Shown: positions 57,945 through 64,000 of the stretch, piece after piece
How positions within the stretch are numbered: the first letter of the stretch is position 1
Layout: each line of letters begins with the position of its first letter
From: Escherichia phage RB69
Length of the DNA stretch: 64,000 nt
Strand: one strand, 5' to 3'
Sequence record: NC_004928.1
The notes under the pieces: model-generated
Databases searched by the model: none
The model's input: only the letters and a program-made list of their open reading frames with translations
What the model was told of the DNA's origin: nothing
Made by a program: the position numbers and the translations under genes

Positions 57945-58808
57945 ATGTATATTCAAACTCCAAAACAATTGATTGACGTTGGCGAAATTGGTAACGCTTC
58001 TACAGGCGATATCCTTTTTGACGGCGGTGTTAAAATAAACAATGATATAAATGCTATTTACAATGCGTTTGGTGACCAACGAAAAATGGCAACTGCTAAT
58101 GGGACAGGACCAAATGGACAAATAATCCATGCCACTGGATACTACCAAAAAGGAGGCCCTACTGATTATTTCACCCCTGTTCCAGTAGGAAGTAGACACG
58201 ACATAGATGCTTCTACCGGTGGTGTTATTGTTACTGTTGCTAGAGGTGAACTCGGCGATTCCGTGGAATTTATAAATTCAAACGGGTCAATTTCGGTAAA
58301 CAACCCATTAAGTATCCAAGCATTAGATTCTATTAAAGGTGTTGCAGGTAATTTAGTTATAACCACACCTTATACTAAAGTTACTCTTCGTTGTATTTCT
58401 TCTGGTGCAGGTGGTTCAATATGGGATTATTCTACAGAAAGTATGTTTAGTCATACCGAAATTCCTGTAGACGGGACATGGAATATTATTTCAGACTATG
58501 TCAATATTCCTCTATTTTATAAAACTGAATATAATGCTGCTAAACTTTTGGTTACATGCCAATCTGCCAACGGCAGAAAAATTAAATCATGCGAAATAAA
58601 TATTCTAATAGATACAATTAATTCAAGAGTTATTTCAACCGAATACGCAGTGATGCGCGTTGGTAATGATAACGAAGAAGATGAAATTGCGAATATTAGT
58701 TTTTCGATAATTAACAATTTTGCCACTATGACAGTTTCTTCACATATAAATGGTCTTCGAGTGGCAGCTAAAGTTATTTCAACTCAGAAAATTAGGGTCG
58801 CTCAATAA
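57945..58808 (+). CDS. 9: baseplate wedge / long tail fiber socket protein gp9
   Basis: 287 aa; synteny and similarity to T4 gp9. Confidence 0.9.
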   Translation: MYIQTPKQLIDVGEIGNASTGDILFDGGVKINNDINAIYNAFGDQRKMATANGTGPNGQIIHATGYYQKGGPTDYFTPVPVGSRHDIDASTGGVIVTVARGELGDSVEFINSNGSISVNNPLSIQALDSIKGVAGNLVITTPYTKVTLRCISSGAGGSIWDYSTESMFSHTEIPVDGTWNIISDYVNIPLFYKTEYNAAKLLVTCQSANGRKIKSCEINILIDTINSRVISTEYAVMRVGNDNEEDEIANISFSIINNFATMTVSSHINGLRVAAKVISTQKIRVAQ

Positions 58809-60622
58809 TGAAACAAAATATTAAAATTGGGAACGTCGTTGATGACGGACAAGGCGATTACCTTCGTCGTGGTGGTGCAAAAATTAATGAAAACTTTGAT
58901 GAGTTGTATTATGAATTAGGCGATGGCGAAGTTCCATATTCCGCTGGTGCCTGGAAAACATACCATTCTTCAGATGGACTTAATTTAGCTGCTGAATGGG
59001 GTAAATCATACGCAATTGATACTTCAACAGGGCGTGTTTCTATAAATTTACCTAAAGGAACAGTGGAAGATTATAATAAAGTAATTAGAGCCCGTGATGT
59101 ATTCGCCACATGGAATATTAACCCTGTAACATTAATTGCTGCCAGTGGTGATACTATTAAAGGTTCTTCTAGCCCAGTAGAAATCAATGTGCAGTTTTCA
59201 GACTTAGAATTAGTTTACTGTTCTCCTGGGCGCTGGGAATACGTTAAAAATAAACAAATAGACAAAATTACTAGTTCTGATATTAGTAGTGTAGCTCGTA
59301 AAGAATTTTTAGTCGAAGTTCAAGGTCAAACTGATTTTCTTGATGTATTTGGGTCTGTTTCTTATAATGTGAATAATATCCGTGTAAAACATCGTGGTAA
59401 CGAATTATACTACGGTGATGCGTTCAGTGACAATAGTGACTTTGGTTCTCCAGGAGCTAATCCTGGAGAAATCGTTGCATTAGATGGTAAAAACATCCGT
59501 TTAAGACAACCATGTAATATTGGCGACACCGTACAAATTGAAACCTTTTTGGATGGGATTACACAATTACGCAGTTCTTATTCTCGCCGCCAAATACGTA
59601 TTTTAGATTCGAAATTAACAACCCGTCCTTCCTTAGAAGGAAGTGTATATGTCGCTGATTTGTCAACTTTGAAATCTATTCCTTTTTCGGCATTTGGAGT
59701 TAATCCTTCAGAACCGGTCAATACTAATTCTTTAGAAGTTCGTTTTAATGGTATTCTTCAAGAATTAGCCGGTACTGTTGGTTTACCTATGTTCAGATGT
59801 GAAGGTGCTGATGCAGAAACTTCTACCGAGTGTTCAGCTTTAGGTGGGACTTGGGTTACATCTAACACCGATTATTCTATTGAATATGATGATAACGATG
59901 CAACTATTGCACGTGCTTTAGTCTTTGACCGTAAGTTTGAAGACCAAGACATTATTGATATTACATGGTTTAATAACGATTTAGGCGCTTTATTAAGTAT
60001 CGATGACATTTTAGATACAACTGATGAAAGGTATGTCGCACAAGGTGCAACCGTAAATGTGACCGGCGATGTGGCTTTGACCGATTTCAATAATATCGGA
60101 TGGCCTAATGTAGAATCTGTTCCGGCATATAGCAGGGAATTCTCATCTATTGCAAATATTTTTAACACTATTTACCCTGTCGGTACTATTTACGAAAATG
60201 CAGTGAACCCTAATAACCCAGCCACGTATTTAGGATTTGGTTCTTGGAAATTATGGGGACAAGGAAAAGTATTAGTTGGATGGAACGACGATATTAGCGA
60301 TCCTAATTTTGCATTAAATAATAACGACCTTGATTCTAGCGGGAATCCTACACATACCGCCGGTGGAACAGTCGGAACAACGTCTAACACACTAACTAAT
60401 TCTGATTTACCTCCTACTCAAACTGACGAGAAAGTTCTTATTTCCGATGAGAACGGTACAATTATTATTGGTGGTTGTCAATACGACCCTGATGCAGAAG
60501 GTCCTATATACACCAAATACCGTGAAGGCCACGCCACAACGAATAGTACACACGTACCGCCTCAAGCCGTAAATAATATTCAACCGTCAATTACCGTATA
60601 CCGTTGGGTAAGGATTGCATAA
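58808..60622 (+). CDS. 10: baseplate wedge protein gp10
   Basis: 604 aa; synteny. Confidence 0.9.
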   Translation: MKQNIKIGNVVDDGQGDYLRRGGAKINENFDELYYELGDGEVPYSAGAWKTYHSSDGLNLAAEWGKSYAIDTSTGRVSINLPKGTVEDYNKVIRARDVFATWNINPVTLIAASGDTIKGSSSPVEINVQFSDLELVYCSPGRWEYVKNKQIDKITSSDISSVARKEFLVEVQGQTDFLDVFGSVSYNVNNIRVKHRGNELYYGDAFSDNSDFGSPGANPGEIVALDGKNIRLRQPCNIGDTVQIETFLDGITQLRSSYSRRQIRILDSKLTTRPSLEGSVYVADLSTLKSIPFSAFGVNPSEPVNTNSLEVRFNGILQELAGTVGLPMFRCEGADAETSTECSALGGTWVTSNTDYSIEYDDNDATIARALVFDRKFEDQDIIDITWFNNDLGALLSIDDILDTTDERYVAQGATVNVTGDVALTDFNNIGWPNVESVPAYSREFSSIANIFNTIYPVGTIYENAVNPNNPATYLGFGSWKLWGQGKVLVGWNDDISDPNFALNNNDLDSSGNPTHTAGGTVGTTSNTLTNSDLPPTQTDEKVLISDENGTIIIGGCQYDPDAEGPIYTKYREGHATTNSTHVPPQAVNNIQPSITVYRWVRIA

Positions 60623-61281
60623 TGACCATACTTAATACTAAAGCGGGAGTAATATCCCGCGAAGCAGATTTTTTAGGATTTAGAAAAAATCCTACTCAAA
60701 TTGATATTTTAAACAACCAAGGCGTAGGTTCTGTAACCATTTCTCAATTGGCAAAAGGATTCTACGATGATAACGTAGAATCTGCAATAAACGATGTTCA
60801 TAATATTGCTAGAGCAGATGTAGGAACAGTTACAATTAACACCTCAGGTGTATCTCCTGAAGGAACTTCACAGGTAGATTATTGGTCCTTTAGTGGAAGT
60901 GTAACTGACCCTAGTTTGCCCGATGGAAGCCCTGTTATTGTAAAAGTTTACGGGCTTCCTGTTAATGCTACTGTAGGTATGACAGCCGACGAATTTGTTG
61001 TACAATTACGTACTACTCTCCGGAATGCGATTTCCGACCAATTGGCTATTGCAGAGTATAAAGATGACCCTACTGTTGGGACTAAATTACAAATAACATA
61101 TTTAGATAACCAAAGACACGTACTCCCAACGTATTCCTCTTATGGTATCACGGTTTCTCAAGAAATAGTGTCTCAGGCTAAGTCCGGGTACGGCACTTGG
61201 AATTTACTAGGTGCGCAAACCATTACTCTTGACAGCCATACTTCACCTACAACCTTTTATTATTTTGTGAGAACCGCATGA
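60622..61281 (+). CDS. 11: baseplate wedge protein gp11 (short tail fiber attachment)
   Basis: [21 protein letters not shown] matches T4 gp11; ATG overlaps gene 10 stop. Confidence 0.9.
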   Translation: MTILNTKAGVISREADFLGFRKNPTQIDILNNQGVGSVTISQLAKGFYDDNVESAINDVHNIARADVGTVTINTSGVSPEGTSQVDYWSFSGSVTDPSLPDGSPVIVKVYGLPVNATVGMTADEFVVQLRTTLRNAISDQLAIAEYKDDPTVGTKLQITYLDNQRHVLPTYSSYGITVSQEIVSQAKSGYGTWNLLGAQTITLDSHTSPTTFYYFVRTA

Positions 61282-62828
61282 GTAACAATACATATCAACA
61301 CGTTTCGAACGAATCAGTATATGTTGAATTTGACCCTACCGGGTCAAATTTTGATAGTTCAATAACCAATGTCCAGGCAGCCTTAGCCTCAATTAGCGCA
61401 TATGGTGTTAAAGGTGTTCCGGACGCAAGCGAAGCAGAAAAAGGTGTAATTCAATTAGCGACAGAACAAGAAGTTCTTGATGGATTTAATAGTACTAAAG
61501 CCGTTACACCCGCCACATTAAATGCAAGACTTCAGTATCCGAACGCGTCAGAAACACAGTACGGCGTAACTAAATATGCAACACAAGAGGAGGCCATTGC
61601 TGGCACTTTAGACACTGTTTCTATTACTCCGCTTAAATTAAACCAAACTATTGATAACACGTTCTCTACTCGTTATTCAACAGAAACAACTAACGGTGTT
61701 ATTAAAATTGCAACTCAAACCGCTGCACTTGCCGGGTCTGATGACACCACAGCAATGACTCCGCTTAAAACGCAGCAATTAGCAATAAAATTAATTTCTC
61801 AAATAGCTCCTAATAACGACCCGGCTTCAGAATCTATTACCGGTGTTGTGCGTTTAGCTACTGTGGCTCAAACACGTCAAGGAACTCTTCGCGAAGGATA
61901 TGCAATTTCCCCGTATACCTTTATGAATTCTGTTGCAACACAAGAATATAAAGGTGTTATACGTCTAGGAACACAAGCGGAAATTAATAGTAATTTGGGA
62001 GATGTTGCTGTAACAGGTGAAACGCTAAATGGTAGAGGAGCTACAGGTTCTATGCGTGGAGTCGTAAAATTAACGACGCAGGCCGGTGTTGCACCCGAAG
62101 GCGATAGCTCTGGAGCATTAGCATGGAACGCAGATGTAATTAATACACGCGGTGGGCAAACTATTAATGGTTCTTTAAATTTAGATCACCTCACAGCAAA
62201 TGGAATTTGGTCGCGTGGTGGAATGTGGAAAAACGGTGACCAGCCAGTTGCAACAGAGAGATATGCATCTGAACGTGTTCCTGTTGGAACAATTCAAATG
62301 TTCGCAGGTGATAGCGCTCCTCCAGGTTGGGTTTTATGTCATGGTGGGACCATTTCTGGAGACCAATTTCCGGACTATCGAAATGTGGTTGGAACAAGAT
62401 TTGGCGGTGATTGGAATAATCCTGGAATTCCGGATATGCGCGGCCTTTTTGTTAGAGGAGCTGGTACTGGCAGTCATATTTTAAATAATCGTGGCCAAGA
62501 CGGATATGGAAAGGATAGATTAGGTGTAGGATGTGACGGCATGCATGTTGGTGGTGTCCAAGCACAACAAATGTCATATCATAAACATGCCGGTGGATGG
62601 GGCGAATTTCAACGTCATGAGGCACCGTTCGGAGCATCCGTATATCAAGGTTATTTGGGTACTAGAAAATACTCTGATTGGGATAACGCATCATATTTCA
62701 CAAATGACGGCTTCGAATTAGGTGGTCACCGCGACGCAACAGGCACTCTTAACCGTGAAGGACTTATCGGATATGAGACTCGTCCATGGAATATATCTTT
62801 AAATTATATTATTAAAGTCCATTACTAA
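61278..62828 (+). CDS. 12: short tail fiber protein gp12
   Basis: 516 aa; synteny and similarity to T4 gp12. Confidence 0.9.
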   Translation: MSNNTYQHVSNESVYVEFDPTGSNFDSSITNVQAALASISAYGVKGVPDASEAEKGVIQLATEQEVLDGFNSTKAVTPATLNARLQYPNASETQYGVTKYATQEEAIAGTLDTVSITPLKLNQTIDNTFSTRYSTETTNGVIKIATQTAALAGSDDTTAMTPLKTQQLAIKLISQIAPNNDPASESITGVVRLATVAQTRQGTLREGYAISPYTFMNSVATQEYKGVIRLGTQAEINSNLGDVAVTGETLNGRGATGSMRGVVKLTTQAGVAPEGDSSGALAWNADVINTRGGQTINGSLNLDHLTANGIWSRGGMWKNGDQPVATERYASERVPVGTIQMFAGDSAPPGWVLCHGGTISGDQFPDYRNVVGTRFGGDWNNPGIPDMRGLFVRGAGTGSHILNNRGQDGYGKDRLGVGCDGMHVGGVQAQQMSYHKHAGGWGEFQRHEAPFGASVYQGYLGTRKYSDWDNASYFTNDGFELGGHRDATGTLNREGLIGYETRPWNISLNYIIKVHY

Positions 62829-62837
62829 GGGTAAAAA

Positions 62838-64000
62838 ATGATCGAATTAAAAAGTCTACCATATGTTGATGGCCCTCCTGACGAGGGTCAAAAACGTTTA
62901 AACTGGATTAAAAATTCAGAAGAAATAACTGGCGCTGATACGTTATACGGTTCTGAAGGAGTAATGAACCGTCCAATAACAGAAGTTCAACGAAATGTAG
63001 AAACAATTAACGATAACGTTAAGACTATCGCAGAATCTTTAGATACCGCTAATGCTGATATTGTCACAATTAAAAGTATCTTGGATGTTTCTGGTGACGT
63101 GGATGCTTTAGCACAAATTGGACATAACACTGATGATATTGAAGTATTAAAACACACTGTAAATTCACACGGTGTTGATATTTTAAACACTGAAGAAAAA
63201 CTAGATGATACTATTGCTAATATCGGAGTAGTTAATCCAGAAACAGATTCGGTGTATCGTACGGTGCGTAACGACCTTCTTTGGATTAAAACCGAATTAG
63301 GGCAATATACTGGACAAGATATTAACGGTGTCCCAACCGAAGGTAATGAAAGCACCGGGATGAAACGACGTATTATTACTAACAGTTCAGTGTTGGTTGA
63401 CCAAGGCGTTCGTTTAACCGAGTTAGAAAATAAATTTGCCGATTCTGATGTTGGGGCTCTGACAACCGAAGTTGAAAACCTCCGTCAAGAAATAGGTCCT
63501 AGACCATCGTTAACAGTACCGGTTTACACTCGTTTATCCGGTATTGATTCATCCATTTCTATCCAAACTAGAGATATTGCGGCATTAAAAGATTTTGTTG
63601 GATATCCTAATTCAACCGCTATTAAAACTCAAGTCGAGGCCAATCGTCTTTCTATATCAACAATAAATTCAGACATTAACTCGCCTGGCGGTATTAAACC
63701 ACGTTTGACAACGTTAGAAACTACTATAGGCTCTCCAGATTTACCAACTACTCTTCAGGGTAAGATCAAATTAAATACCGATTCCATTTCAGGTATTAAC
63801 ACAGTTTTAGGTGTTGATTCTTCTAGTGGTTTACGTTTTAACGTAGCATGGCTTAATCAGGTGGTTGGCGTTGATTCAAATGGTGGACAACCTGAACCGG
63901 CTGGTTCACTTTTATATAGGACTCGTATTCTTGAAACTGGTGTTACTGACCTAGGCAATAACATTCAAAACGTTCAAACCGAATTGGGAACTAATTCGTC
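62838..64000 (+). CDS. wac: fibritin (whisker) Wac, N-terminal portion (ORF runs off window end)
   Basis: ATG at 62838; MIELKSLPYVDGPPDEGQKRLNWIKN resembles T4 Wac N-terminus; open to position 64000. Confidence 0.85.
   Translation, partial: MIELKSLPYVDGPPDEGQKRLNWIKNSEEITGADTLYGSEGVMNRPITEVQRNVETINDNVKTIAESLDTANADIVTIKSILDVSGDVDALAQIGHNTDDIEVLKHTVNSHGVDILNTEEKLDDTIANIGVVNPETDSVYRTVRNDLLWIKTELGQYTGQDINGVPTEGNESTGMKRRIITNSSVLVDQGVRLTELENKFADSDVGALTTEVENLRQEIGPRPSLTVPVYTRLSGIDSSISIQTRDIAALKDFVGYPNSTAIKTQVEANRLSISTINSDINSPGGIKPRLTTLETTIGSPDLPTTLQGKIKLNTDSISGINTVLGVDSSSGLRFNVAWLNQVVGVDSNGGQPEPAGSLLYRTRILETGVTDLGNNIQNVQTELGTNS

Overview
This window is a contiguous segment of a T4-type (Tevenvirinae) myovirus genome, AT-rich, running from DNA polymerase gene 43 (5' part, minus strand) to the start of fibritin (wac, plus strand). 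The gp43 N-terminus read from the DNA (MKEFYLTVEQIGDSIFERYI...) matches what I recall of phage RB69 polymerase, so the phage is RB69-like. Positions 1 to about 48630 are almost entirely minus-strand early/middle genes in T4 order: 43, regA, 62, 44, 45, 46, 47, 55, nrdH/G/D, 49, nrdC, a hyperplastic block, rI, tk, regB, denV, e, nudE, a tRNA-like region, 57B/Acb1, 57A, 1, 3, 2, 4. From 48688 the plus strand carries late baseplate genes 53, 5, 5.4, 6 to 12 and wac. Gene calls rest on reading the supplied ORF translations against remembered T4 proteins; no database search was run. Many track ORFs carry N-terminal extensions from non-ATG starts, which I trimmed where an SD+ATG and homology supported it. 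Beyond the conserved core, the most notable content is: a repeated early-promoter/palindrome cassette (over 20 copies) that punctuates the variable regions; a three-gene module ending in a Pol-beta-type nucleotidyltransferase next to a 2-TM protein; a chimeric host-like grcA gene; six genes with the T4 capsid-targeting leader; an Acb1-like 2H phosphoesterase; a macro-domain protein; and a degenerate tRNA-like cluster. Numerous sub-60-codon ORFs sit between annotated genes and are only partly listed.
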